64,000 bases of DNA, from positions 105,526,001-105,590,000 of the forward strand of contig NC_045697.1 in NCBI RefSeq assembly GCF_009834535.1. The letters run 5' to 3'. Made by a program: the position numbers and the translations under genes. Every line of letters starts with the position of its first letter. The stretch's first letter is position 1. A model generated the notes under the pieces. It made no database searches. It was given only the letters and a program-made list of their open reading frames with translations, and was not told the DNA's origin. Below are positions 25,301 to 38,390 of this stretch, piece after piece. This stretch comes from Camelus ferus (taxonomy: Eukaryota).

Positions 25301-28010
25301 CTTTACTGATTTTCTGCCTGCTTGATCTATCAATTATTGAGAGGGAGGTGTTGAGCTCTCCAACTATAACTGTGCATTTTCTATTTCTCCTTTCAGTTCT
25401 ATCAGTTTTTAATCTCACGTATTTTGACATTTTGTGTTTAGGTGAATATATGTTTAGAAGTGATGTCTTTTTGTAGTATTAATCCTTTCCTATTATGTAA
25501 TTCTGCTTTTTATTTCTGATAAGTTTCCTTGTATTGAAGTCTACTCTGTCTGAAATTAATGTTGCTACTCCAACTTCCTATTAATTAGTTTTTTTCCCCT
25601 TTGCTTTTAATTTGATTGTGTCTTTATATTTAAAGTGTGTTTCTTGCAGATAACTACAATTGCATCTTGTTTTTTTAATCTACTCTGATAGTCTCTGTCA
25701 TTTAATTAGTGCACTTAGACCATGCATATTTAAAGTGATATATTTGGGTTAATATTAATGTTTTAAACTGTTTTATATTTGTTGCCAGAACTGTCTTTTT
25801 ATTCCTTCTGTTTTTGATTGAGTATTTTATATGATCCCATTTTATCTCCTCTCAGCATTACACTATTTTTCTCGAAAAAATTTTTAGTGGATGCCTAGAA
25901 TTTATAATATTCATTTTAAACTATTCTAAATCCATCTTCAAATAACACTATTTTGCTTCATGTATAATGCAGGCATCTTAGAGTATTTCTGTTCCTCTTT
26001 GTTGTCTTTCTATAACATTGTGATCACTCATTTCACTTATATATATGCTATAGTCACCCAACACATTGTTATATTATTACTTTAAAGTTATTTTCAGATC
26101 AACTAATAATAATAATAAAAATACCTTATTTTACCTTTATTTCTTCTCTGATGATCTTTATTTATATAAATCCAGGTTTCCTTCTGCATGAAGAAAATCT
26201 TTTAACATTTCTTACAGGGCAGTTCTGCTGGCAATGAATTCCCTGAATCTTTATTTAAGAAAGTATTTATTTCTCCTTCACTTTTGAAAGACAATTTTGA
26301 TGAATATAGAATCTTAGGTTGATGGGTTTTTCCAACATTTTAGATATTCTTTTCCAATCTCTTCCTGCTTACATGGTTTCTGATAAGAAGTCTGGGGAAG
26401 TTCTTATCCTTATTGCTCCACAGATAACATGTTTTTGACATGGCTTCTTTCATGATTGTTTTCTCTGTTTTTATTTTTTCTATAATTAAATATATGTATA
26501 GGTGTATTTTTGAATTTTTTGGTATTTATTCTCTTTTGCATTTTCTGAGCATTATAGATCTGTGCCTTGGTGTCTGTCATTAATTTTGGAACATTCTTAG
26601 CCATTATTACTTCAAATATTTCTTTTCCTTTTTTTCTTCTTGTTCTTATTCTGATAATCAGTGTTTCAAAAATAATTTTTCCAAAGTTCTTGGATATTTT
26701 CTTTTTTTATTGTTCATTTTTCTCTTTGCATTTTAGTTTGTGAAGTTTCTATTAGCATATATTCAAGCTCACTGATTCTTCCCTTGGCTGTGTCCAGTCT
26801 GCTGATGGGTAGACTTTGATGGACTCATCAAAGGAATTTTTCATTTCTGTTACAGTGTTTTTGATATCCAGCATTTACTTTTGATTTTTTTCTGAGAATT
26901 TCCATCTCTCTTCTTGCATTATTCTTCTATTCTTGCACGTTTTCTGCTTTTTTTTTGTTAATGATAGCCCTTTACATATTATTTACAGACTTTTAAAATT
27001 CCCTTTCAGATAATCCCAAAATATGTGTCATATCTCATTCTTCTAATGATTGCTTGTCTCTTTGGATTGTATTTTTCTTACTTTTTGATATGTCTTATAT
27101 ATTTTTTTTGATTGAAAGCTGGACATGTAACTGGTTATAGAAACAGGTAAAAAGGCTTCCAGTTTAAGAATATATGTTCATCTGGTTAGGAGTTAGGCTT
27201 TATTTAACGTTTTCTGCAGGTATTGGTGTCAGAGCCTGCAAATTCCTCTATATCTTGGTTTTGTCTCTTCTTTTGACTTTTGGTTTCCTTTAGTATTCCT
27301 CCTCAGAAAGAATCTGTTTCTTTCAGCTGTAATCTACTATTATGATCCTGGAACCTTACTGGTATGGTTGTAAGGTACAGGGGTGGAAGAGTATTCTGTA
27401 ACACTCCAATTAAGTCTCAGTCTTTTGGTGAACCAGTGTCTTTGGTTTGTGACCTTCACAAGCATTTCTTCCTGTATAGCTCCCCACTCGGGTTAGGTGA
27501 GACAGGAAGACCGGAGTGAGAGGACCATCCTCCCCCTACAGCTATTTCACAGGCTCTGCTAAAGTATTTCTTCCTGGAAAGTAGGATTTTATTTTAAATA
27601 GAGAAGGCTCTGGGTGTATTAACCAAGGATTACTCCTCCATTTCCCTGAGAACCACGAGGGGATCTTACTTGGATCTTCACCTTGAGAACCTGGTGGGAT
27701 TCCTGGAGATAAAGACCATGTGGCTCTAGGATTCTTTCATTCTTAAACTAGTACACACTCAACGTTCAGAAATTAATCAAAATTACCACTTAAGTGTTCC
27801 TATCAGTTTTTAGCTTCCACAGCTCTGTTCCAGGTGAGCAGATCTTGGCTGTGACTCTCTGGGTTTGCCTGTCTTCCTAGATTTTGAGATGGCAGTTTGC
27901 CCTGCAAACTCAGTTCTCTAATTTATTCAAGAAAAGTCACTGATTTTCTGTTTGTTCACCTTTTGGTTGTTGCGAGGACATGACTTCACACGTTGGAGCT
28001 GAAACAAAGT
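22375..28010 (-). mobile_element. Long ancient L1 (L1MC/L1MD-like): 3'UTR, internally deleted ORF2, ORF1 and 5' region
   Basis: ORF 25182..25430- (IVGELNTSLSIIDRSSRQKISKD...INQLDLTDVYR) is the ORF2 endonuclease domain; ORF 26410..26604- (MAKNVPKLMTDTKAQI) is an ORF1 remnant; L1MC/MD-type 3'UTR at ~22375-23270. Confidence 0.85.
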
Positions 28011-29854
28011 TCAGATTACACCTTACATCTTTATTTGATGCATTACCACCCTCCCCCATTTTATCATTTTCAGCTTTTCTATATTCTGCTACTCTTAATG
28101 TGCCTCCCATGTTGGATGTATTGCTGGAACTTGTCCTTTTTAGTCCAATCTAAAAGTCTTTCTTTTGATCTGTGAATTTAAAAAAAATTACATTTATTGT
28201 AGTTACTGCTGAAATATATGTTCTTTCATGTTACTGTATATATTCTATGTTTGCTTCTATTTTGTTTTCCTTTCTGTCTTCTAGTCACTGACTTTAAAGT
28301 TACTCTTTTATTTTTATTTTTTGGCAGACTCCTCCTAACCTATTAGGGCTCATGCCTAAATTTATTTTCCTTATTCATTTTAAAGTTTCTATAGCCTATC
28401 TTCTTCCTGAATTAAACAAGTACTTCTGCCCACCAACTACCCTGGTTTATCATTACCAACATTCTATGCTCTTTGCCTTCAGATATTGTATGTTGGTATC
28501 TCTCTAGGTTTAAGTTCAGGTGAGAGAGCCACCCACCATGCTACTTGCCATTTTATCGGGTACTGAAAAATTTTTGCTCTAACATTCGGTTGGCCAAAGC
28601 TCCAATTTCTATCCTGTGTATCACTTGGTAGGGACAGCAATGATACACTTTGTCTATTTGGAATGAGAATCATATTCTTTTTGTGCAGAAATTGGCCTTA
28701 GAGATCATTTAGTATAGCAGTCCCTATTTAGTAGATACAGAGTCATTTTCTTGTGGCTGTCTAAGCAGGTTGTTCCCACCGTACCCATGTTATAGAAAAG
28801 GAATACAGGTAATTACAAAGCTTAGCTACTCTATGTGGTATATTTAGTGTCACTCCTATCTCTAAATGAGCTTCCAGAAATTTTCAGATAAAAGGCAAGT
28901 AGCCCTTCAGTGTAATAAGGGATATCTGATTTAGTTGAAGTCCATGTTTTTCAGAGAAAAAAACAGAACTAGGTGGAGAAGGTGACTATGGTCCAGCTCA
29001 TGTATCATGTTAGAAGCAGAACCAAGGCTGGATCCTGAGTTCTGACTCCTGTTTCAGTGCCCAGTCCCTGGAACCATAATGGCTCCTATTTAGATTCTAT
29101 TTCATGTAAGACCGTGTGAGGAAATAGCTACATCCGAGTATATGAGAATCCCTTATTACAATACGATGCTGTGTTAGACGGAGAAAGTAATTTTCATTAT
29201 AAGCCATTCCTTTCCATTGTTCAAAGCTTTCTGAAATAATCTCTTTTAGATTTAAATTATCCATGCTTGAAAAATGCATGGTCAGAGTCCAGAGGTAATT
29301 TTACTTTGAAAAAAATTGGGCAGACTCTTTTGAGATACATCAGCTTAGTGGAAAGTTAAAGAAGAAAAGAATTAGTAAAATCTCACATACTTCTTAGCTT
29401 TTATCTAACTCTCAACTTGTGAAACTGGTAACATTCCTTAAATTCTTCATTCAATTGGAAGAAAATCATAAAATAGTCGAATAATTAAAAACTGTATGCC
29501 ACATAATTTTTAATTAATTGAAAATACAAATAAGCATCATGCCCACTTATTTTTATTTCTTTTTTTTAATAGCCCTAACAGCAACAGAACCACACACACA
29601 AACTTGTATTAGGTAGATCATTTGAACATCATAAAGTCAGGGGTTTTCAAATTTAAGGCTCTCTATGAAATAAAATACAAATTCAATGTTTCTTGCTGAA
29701 TATTTACTTAGGAATTTTTGCTTCTATTGGGAGGAATAGAGAACTGTTCTAACAATCCATGCAATGGTGGCTTTTTGGGAAAATGCATGTGGTCTGAACT
29801 AGAAGAGGAAAGCCATTGAAAATGGAACTGCTCTTTCTTGATCTCACTCATGGA

Positions 29855-31256
29855 ACTTTTTTTTTTCATATATGCATTTTCAAGTTCTTTTCGCCATATT
29901 ATTACAAGATATTGAATATAGTTCCTTGTGCTATACAGTATAAACTTGTTGTTTATCTGTTTTATGTATTAATTAGTATCTGCAAATCTTGAACTCCCAA
30001 TTTATCCCTTCCCATCCCCTTCCCTGCTGGTAACCATAAGTGTGTTTTCTATGTCTGTGAGTCTGTTTCTGTTTTGTAAATAAGTTTGTTTGTCTTTTTC
30101 TTTAGATCCCACATACAACTGATATCATATGGTATTTTTGTTTTTCTTTCTGGCTTACTTCACTTAGAATGACATTCTCCAGGTCCACCTATGTTGCTGC
30201 AAATGGCATTATTTTATTCTTGTTTATGGCTGAGTAGTATTCCACTGTATAAATATACCACAGCTTCTTTATCCAGTCATCTGTCAATGGACATTTAGGT
30301 TGTTTCCATTCCCGGCCACTGTAAATAGTACTGCTGTGAACATTGGGGTGCATGTATCTTTTTGAGTTGAGGTTTCCTCTGGATATATACTCAGGAGTGG
30401 GATTGCTGGATTATACTACAGTAATCAAAACAGAATGGTAATGGTACAAAAACAGACATATGGATCAATGGAACAGAATAGAGAGCCCAGAAATAAACCC
30501 ACAAGCTTTTGATCAATTAATCTTTGACAAAGGAGGCAAGAACGTACAATGGAGTAAAGACAGTCTCTTCAGCAAATGATGTTGGGAAAACTGGACAGCT
30601 GCATGTAAGTCAATGAAGTTAGAACACTCTCACACCATACACAACAAAAAAAACCTCAAAATGGCTTAAAGACTTAAACACAAGACAAGATACTATAAAC
30701 CTCTGAGAAGAGAACATAGGCAAAACCTTATCTGACATAAATTTTAGCAATATTCTCCTCAGGCAGTCTACCCAGGCAATAGAAATAAAAGCAAAAATAA
30801 ACAAACGGGACCTAATTAAAATTACAAGCTTTTGCACAGCAAAGGAAACCATAAGTAAAATAAAACGACAACCTACAGAATGGGAGAATATATTTGCAAA
30901 AGATGAGACTGACAAGGGATTAATTTCCAGAATATATAAACAACAACCCAATCCAAAAATGAGCTGAAGAACTAAACAAGCAATTCTCCAGTGAAGACAT
31001 ACAAATGGCCAATAGGCACAGGAAAAAATGCTCAATATGCTGATTATCAGAGAAATGCAAATCAAAACTACCATGAGGTATCACCTCACATCAGTCAGAA
31101 TGGCCATCATTCAAAATTCCATGAACAATAAATGCTGGAGAGGGTGTGGAGAAAAGGGAACTCTCCTTCTCTGCTGGTGGGAATGCAGTTTGGTGCAGCC
31201 GTTATGGAAAACAGTATGGAGATTCCTCAAAAGACTGAAAATAGACTTACCACATG
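29855..31256 (-). mobile_element. Young L1 with 5' inversion (twin priming)
   Basis: Poly-T then antisense 3'UTR/ORF2 end at 29857-30411, then oppositely oriented ORF2 at 30412-31256 (ORF 31028..31312 reads [32 protein letters not shown]); TSD ATCTCA(C/T)TCATGGA at 29841-29854 / 31281-31294. Confidence 0.93.
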
Positions 31257-31709
31257 TTTTTGTTTGTTTGTTCAGTTTTTATCTCATTCATGGAGTTTTA
31301 GCTTCTCTCTAGGTGTCTGTTTTGGCCCTTTTCTTCCTTCTAGCAGATTCTTTTGTTTATTTAAATTTTTTGCTCCCTCTTGACCTCGATGTATACAAGG
31401 TCACCAGTCTCTGGCTTCCCAATACATCATGACTATTCCTCTCCACTTTTTGTTTGGGGAACAGAAACCATCCACCCACAGGTCCCATAGGTGTCCACCT
31501 TGATGCACCTGGTTTCAGGTAGGCACAGTGAACTCATGTACCAGCTGTGGTTGCAGAGTTCCTTATGTCTCTAGAACAAACATGAACGTATACACATATT
31601 TAACCAGGAATGACAAGTGGATACCTATACATTACCATGTCCATCTAGTTATCATAAATTATAGTTATTGGGAACCTCACCTGATTATTCCAAGATGTCA
31701 AAAGTAATA

Positions 31710-31801
31710 GTGTGTGTATGTATGTGTGTGTGTGTATGTGTGTATGTGAGTATATATATAATATATATAATATGTATATATATTATATATATATATATAT
31801 A
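31710..31801. repeat. Imperfect (TG)n/(TA)n microsatellite
   Basis: Read directly from the sequence. Confidence 0.9.
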
Positions 31802-34800
31802 GTACTACAGTCTAAAATAGTTTCCAGAGGTATTTATTATGAATCTCTTACCTGGATATTATTACAGTATGTTTATATATGACACATTGCATAAATCTCA
31901 GCATATACAGTTGCTACACATCACTACATCTAAGGAGTTTCTATTTACAATTTCACTAGGGTGAGTGGGTTGGGTAGAGAATACTTTTTTTTTTTAAGAG
32001 AAACAAGGAACTCAAATTGTCACATGTTTGTTTACTTTGATTAATGCATGTACACAAAGGTAGAAATATTTGGTGAGTCTTATCAGATGAGCTTTGAGAC
32101 CAGGGGTTCCTCCACTGTTTTTAGCAGACTTTTCCTTGGGACTTCCTTCTCTTAGCTAACAATTTTCAGTTGCCTAGATTTGAATCCCTGGAAGAGGCAG
32201 CCTGAATGCTGAGCTTATCCCTGGTGCAGTTATGGCCTTTCACTGAAATTCATGGACCATGCTTTTCCAAACAGGCTGTAGAAAATGAATGAAGAAAAAT
32301 TTTGAAAATGAGAGGGCTGCCCCCACCACTCTGGGCCTTCAAAAGCCCAGAAGTGCCGGAGAAATAGGACAAGTGGAAAGATACAGCAAGAGGTCCAGCT
32401 CCTTCCAGAGCAGGGCTTCCATGGATGGAGGTGGAGGTCAGGGATCCAGACCACCAAGTCCTTCTCTACCTGCTTTCAAGTTCCTGCAGCCTGCCTGATT
32501 AACCGAGTGGTTCATGTGAAAACCATAATACTCCGGTTTGAAAAAGCTCCATTGAAGTGCTAATTTTGTATTTATGTAAACGCATCTGGTATTTGTAAAT
32601 CTTCTGCATCAGCCAAGGCTCTGGCCAGAGCATATCTCGACAGCAGGAAGATTCACTGTGATGTAATGGAAAAAACCCTGGAACAAGCATCAGAACTTGG
32701 ATTTGTCCTCATGAACTGGTTGACCTTGGGCCTTTATGGGACTGGGTTCTTCATCTGAAAACTGCAGGTGCCTTTTTCTTTTTTTTTGAAGACAGTGGAA
32801 CATCCATCCCATTTTTCCTTCAAATGAAATTGTAAATAGAAACCTAATACATCAAGATTTTAAAGTGGAGTGGGGAATCCTCATGAAGCTTTCTCGTCAC
32901 TCCTACAGCACTCCTGGAACCACCCCTGCAGAGCCCTAGGACTCAGATATGATCAGATTATCTCAGTGGTTTCTGGGCTCTGCTCCCAAAGATTCTGCTT
33001 CAGAACTGTTGGGGCAATGCCTAGGTGCCTGAATTTTACATGTCCCTCCCCAACCAAGGGATCCTGACGTGGGCCTTGATGATGCAATCATTTCTGAGGG
33101 TCTCTCGGTCTGTTACTTTAGCTTTGTGAAATTTCACTCTGCTCATCTGCAAATATAAAGATTAAAATAGTATCCTACTTCAAAGGCTTTTTTTTGGTGA
33201 GAATCAGATGAGATAATGTATACAAAACTATGATTTTGAAATGGCATCTGTTGAAAGATGATTTAAATACCTGACAGACTACATAGAATACTACAGTTTA
33301 CTAAAAATAGCTTCATGTAAAAATGTGATCCAGATAGGGTAAGAGAGAATCTTTAACTCCAAAACTCCTATATGAAAATCTTCTAGAAAAAAACAACTCT
33401 TTTTTTTTCCTGTTAACAACAGGAAAAAAAAGCAATAAATGTGTACTTTGATTGATTAAAGCAATATAGTTCTTAAAAGAACAGTACTTAATTTTACAAG
33501 TGTTCTTTTAGGAATGTCTGTGTAATCCAGGGGGATTAAAAGGAGATCTTCTCTATTAAATGAATGCTCATTCCAAACTGATCTTCAATTTGAAAAGAGG
33601 TGGAGGGTCTATGGCAAATGTTCACAGCATATAAAGAACATTCCCTTTTTTGGATGAAAACAGACGTGCATATTTGAAGAAGTTCAGCTCTAGGATATAT
33701 TATGTTCAGTTTGATACTCAAAACACTTGTTCCTTTCAAAGTCTATGGAAATTTATTCCTTCATCCATAAAAGGAGCAACCAGATGATCTCTAGGTCCGT
33801 CATCCTAAGCATAAGCCTTTGTAAACAGCATTCTAGAGGAGGTAAGTTTACCTCAGATGTCTGGGCAGTCAGGAAGAGGGTGAGGCTGTTGTTTTACAGT
33901 CGTGTTAAACTTTATTTTTGCAGCAACTGCTATGTTGGATGATTCTTTAGAATTTCCTGGTTTAACGGAGTCACTATTGATTATCCTACAACTGGAAAAC
34001 ACGCTAAGCCTTTTAGTCCCGAACCAGGCTCTTTAGTCCCGAAACAGAATTTGGATGATGGACATTTTAAATGTGGGCGCTTCAGAAGCAAAATGCAACA
34101 TATCTTGCTGCAATGTATATAGTGCACCACTTGCTGCGAGAGAAATACGAACTTTCATCACATCATCATGACCAATTTCTCTTTCCAACGACAATTTCCT
34201 TTCGATTTGATCTTTACAAAGTACATTTCTTAGTGTTTTATATCTACGGAGAATTTAATGTTAAATAAAAGTAAACAAATTAGTTGGGTCATATTTGAGC
34301 CCCAAAGAGAATTAAATGAAAGCCCTTTCAGGGATTAAGTCGACACGCCTGACGTTCCTCAGCCCACACGGCTTTACGCAAATACCAACATGTGTTTCTG
34401 AACAGCTCCCTGCTGACACCACGTGATGGCCGCGGAGGGCTCAGCCATTCTATCTCAACTCTGCAGACGAAGGGGAAAGATATTTCCAGGGAAGTAAAAT
34501 AGAAAAAAAAAAATGGAGAATTAAAAGCTGCAGTTGAAAGAACTTATTATAAATCAATAGCCCCCGGGTAGCCCTGGTGTATTGGACAAAAGGCTGATGT
34601 AGGGCTTTCAGTAGATATATATTGCTTTAAATTTGCCTTTGAATATCTTCTACATTTCCGCCTACAGCCTGGACATCTTCCTTGCACCTGTGTTTTCTCT
34701 TACAACTGGCTTAGGGAATGTTTTCCTTCGGTTGTGGGACAGCTGGTAACCTTAACTCTTACCTCATTGTGTTCTTCTGAGCTCATTGTTTTGATTGCTC

Positions 34801-35436
34801 CTTTATTCTGAATCCAGTACGGATCCATGCCGTGAGCCCTCTATGGAGTTCTTGGGACCTTATCAATACTAAATCATGATAAAATGTCCCATACATGTAT
34901 CTCACACCTGTTACCCCAGGAATCATACAGGAAAAGCTTCCATCTGAAATTTTGAAATACTGTTTTTTACAGCGAACTAGCTTAGGGATAATGTTAGCAA
35001 AAACAAGCTCACTCAAGCCAGCATGAATAAAGGGGTTGTCTCGTGATCTTTCACTGGGAGCTGGAGAGTCAGATTTTCCCTCTTTCCCCCTCTTCTTGTC
35101 AGTATGGATGTAATGTCTTTGGCTAGTGCCTCTGGCTGCCAGTTCCAAGAAGAGAGAATCCGATTAGCTCAGGTGTCGTGTAATCGGCTCACCCTTCCTA
35201 GAGCTGGAGGTTGACAAGGAGCAGATAGCAGATACGCGAAGAGGCATGGGGACTGGGCCGAAGGGATGGTATTTATGGTAAATGACTAATGCTACTTTCA
35301 GAATTTTGGTTATAATATCTACTCTATGTCTTTTTTTTTTTTAAACGCACTTCCAAGGTTAAAGTATTTCAAAAACCAGATTAAGTCACTTCACCAGCAT
35401 CCTTGTTCTATTATTATTATTATCCTTTTCTGATGG

Positions 35437-35920
35437 TGTGCTGGTCTCGGTCTTTACTTCCCCAATCCTTGCCTCTCCCCTCTCTTGCTCTGATCCCTGT
35501 TGTCCCATTGCCTGCCTTCTATGGCTGATCGGGTTAGCTAATAATGGTACCCACAAGAGACTAGGTTGGGTGGAAAGGAGATGCACGGGTCTCACTTTCT
35601 CCTTTGCTTCCTCAGGTACCATTTTTGTTGGTATCAGTGCCTTCTCTGCAGCCCTCCACTCCCGTGGGCCATTGTGGTTCCCATTTCCTCTCTGCCCCAG
35701 CCCCTGGCTGTCCTAATGTCTCCCTCCCTTGGTCTTTTCCATTTAGGGCTAGGAGTTGTTTCCTGCTATTGCACATCACCAAGTTGACCTCCCTGTCTGA
35801 ACCCCCTCTGATTTCTCATCTCCCCCCTCACCTATGTAACCAGTCCTCGGTAGTAAATTCTTTCTGGTTTAAATACTTAATAGTGGTTTCTGTTTTCCTG
35901 TTTGGACCAAGATTGATAAA
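35437..35920 (+). mobile_element. Ancient ERVL LTR (LTR33-like)
   Basis: Starts TGTGCTGG; ends TAAATTCTTTCTGGTTTAAATACTTAATAGTGGTTTCTGTTTTCCTGTTTGGACC..ATTGATA, as in LTR33-type 3' ends. Confidence 0.6.
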
Positions 35921-36042
35921 GATTGATAGATTGCTATCAGATTAAGATAGTGTTTGGACAAAGTGTGATATGTTAGTGTAGAACTAATTCTGTACTATGT
36001 ATAGAAACATGTACGTGATACATAGAAATTCTGTACTATGTA

Positions 36043-36892
36043 TTTTTTGTATCGATGGACTTAATTTTTTACAGCAGTTATAGGTTTACAGAAAAACTAA
36101 GTAGAAAGTACAGAATTCCTTACACATCCCCTCCCACCTCCACATCCCTTTATTATTAACATTTTGCATTAATGTGGGGCATTTGATGAGACGGATGAAC
36201 AAATAGTGATGCACTATTATTAACTAAAGTCCATAGTTTACATTAGGGTTCACTCGTTGTATTATACATTCTATGTGTTTTGATAAATACATAATGACGT
36301 GTGCCCACCAATATAGTATCATAGAGGAGTTTCAGTGCTTTAAAAACCCTCTGTGCTCCACCAATTTATCCATTCCTTCCCCCATCCTCCTTGCTCCTGG
36401 CAGCTTCTGGTGTTTTACCATCTTTATAGCTTGCCTTTTCAGAATGCCATACAGTTGGAGTTGAACAGCCTTTTCAGATTGCCTTCTTTTACCTAGTAAT
36501 ATGTATTTAAGTTTCCTCCATAATTTTTTTGTGGCTTGATAGCTAAAAAAAAAATTGCTGAATACTATTCCATTATGTGGATATACCACAGCTTGTTTGT
36601 CCATTTGCATATTGAAGGATATCTTGGTTGCTTTCAAGTTTTGGCACTTATGAATGAATAAAGCTGCTATAAACATTTGCGTGCAGGCTTTTGTGTGGAC
36701 ATACGTTTTCGACTCACTTGGGTATCCGATTGCTGGATAATATTGTAAAAGTGTGTTTCATCTTGTGAGAAACTGTCAGACTATCTTTCAAAGTGGCTAT
36801 GCCATTTGGCATTCCCACTAGCAATGAGTGAGCATTCTTGTTCCACATCCTCGCCAGTATTTCAGTGTTTTGGATTTTAACAATTTTAGTAG
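36043..36892 (-). mobile_element. L1MC/L1MB-like 3' end
   Basis: TTTTTTACAGCAGTTATAGGTTTACAGAAAAACT..GTAGAAAGTACAGA..TTCC 3' terminus; ORF 36332..36676- begins MFIAALF (ORF2 end). Confidence 0.88.
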
Positions 36893-37859
36893 CATTTTTT
36901 CTGCTTTTGAGGATAACCCAATCTTTTTCTTTTCTGGTGTAAGATTAGTGGCTTTTTCACGATTATTGGTAAGATGCTTTTATTAACCATTAATACTTCT
37001 TAATGACTTAGCTGTTTTGAAAACTTGTAAGTATTTGCTTTTTTGGGTTCCCATTGCTTTTTTTTTTTTGGTCACTGTTATTCTTGTATTTTATTTCTTA
37101 ATTGGTAGTAAACCAGAAATCAAGGATGGGGTGTGTGTGTGTGTGCATGCACACATATGCTTGTGTGCTGCAGTGTGCACATGAGCATCAAACAAAGGAG
37201 AACAAAAAGTATTTCCTGTATTTTCTATGAGCACTATCCAGATCCATGCTTGGTTTGTTGGATGTGTAGACCAGTCAGCCTAAACCACTTACCATGGCAG
37301 ACTAACTCACAAAGGAGGAACAAGATTATGCTTTCTCATTGTCACTTTGGAAAATGTTCTAGAACTTAACATTTTTTTGCAATGTCTTTTATATTCATTC
37401 CCAATGCTGCCACCTCAGCTCAGGCCTCAGCGTCTCCCTTGGGTCACTCCAAATCCACTGAGTGGCATTCCTGCCCGCATGCTCTCATTCATTCACTCCA
37501 CAAATAAAAGTCATGATGAACCTATTAAGTGTCAACATTGTGCTAATCAACAAGGATACACAGTCCAGTAAGGTATGGTCTCTGTCCTCAACAGTATTGT
37601 AATATTTTATTACCATATAACAAGAAGTCAAATTAAGTAATGACATGATCAGAACAGAATCTGGTAGGTCAAACAATAGAGACATCACACAATAATCATA
37701 TACCTACTCATGAGTACCTCCCTGCCCCAGTGATTAGTTTTGTATGGAAGACTGGCTACTATGCCAATAACTCCAGCCAAAAATAGCAAGGACCTTAACC
37801 AATTCATAGGCAAAGCCTTTAAGATCATTCGGGGAGTTCAGCTTCATAAAGCACACAGA

Positions 37860-38390
37860 TCATGACCATTCAAATATCCTTCAGTGGATTTGCATTTCCC
37901 TTTAAACTAAAACCAAATGCCTTAGCCTGGAAATTAAGGCCATTAATGTCCTGACCTTTGCCTTCCTCTTCGACTCTGTCATATTTTACTTCTGCAAACA
38001 TAATGTACACACGCATCAGTCTCGGCTAGTCACTGTCCTCCCTCCAAGATCCCCATGTCCTTCTCCGCTCAGGCTCTTCTGTCTATAAAACCCCCTCCTG
38101 ATCTCTACCTGTCAAAACACTTACCTGCTGCTCTAGTTCAAATCACAATATATCCACAAAGACCTTGGATTCTCTCTAAACACATGCCATCTCCCGATTG
38201 CCACAATCTTTGCAGCACTATATACTTTTCTTTTTATATTATATCAGAATGTGATTCTTTACATCATTTGCATACTTGTCTAGATTTCTCTAATAGATCA
38301 GAAATTTCCTGAGGGCTTTTCCCCATAAAACATCTAGCACAGGGCTGTGGACATAGCATGATCTCAATACATGTGTTGAGTGAGGGAAAG
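37860..38390 (+). mobile_element. L2 fragment including 3' end
   Basis: TCCTTCAGTGGATTTGCATTTCCCTT...CATCTAGCACAGGGCTGTGGACATAG..TGATCTCAATACATGTGTTGAGTGA. Confidence 0.6.

Noticed and set aside
30619..31074. 151-aa hydrophobic ORF (similar ORFs at 19300..19662, 21343..21618 and 56348..56587)
   Set aside because: Antisense reading of L1 ORF2; a well-known source of spurious membrane-protein-like ORFs.
32289..32498. 69-aa ORF with protein-like S/G/P-rich sequence (RSSSFQSRASMDGGGGQGSRPPSP) just after a possible acceptor at 32274
   Set aside because: An in-frame TGA directly precedes the ATG, so it cannot be an internal exon in that frame; no recognisable homology.
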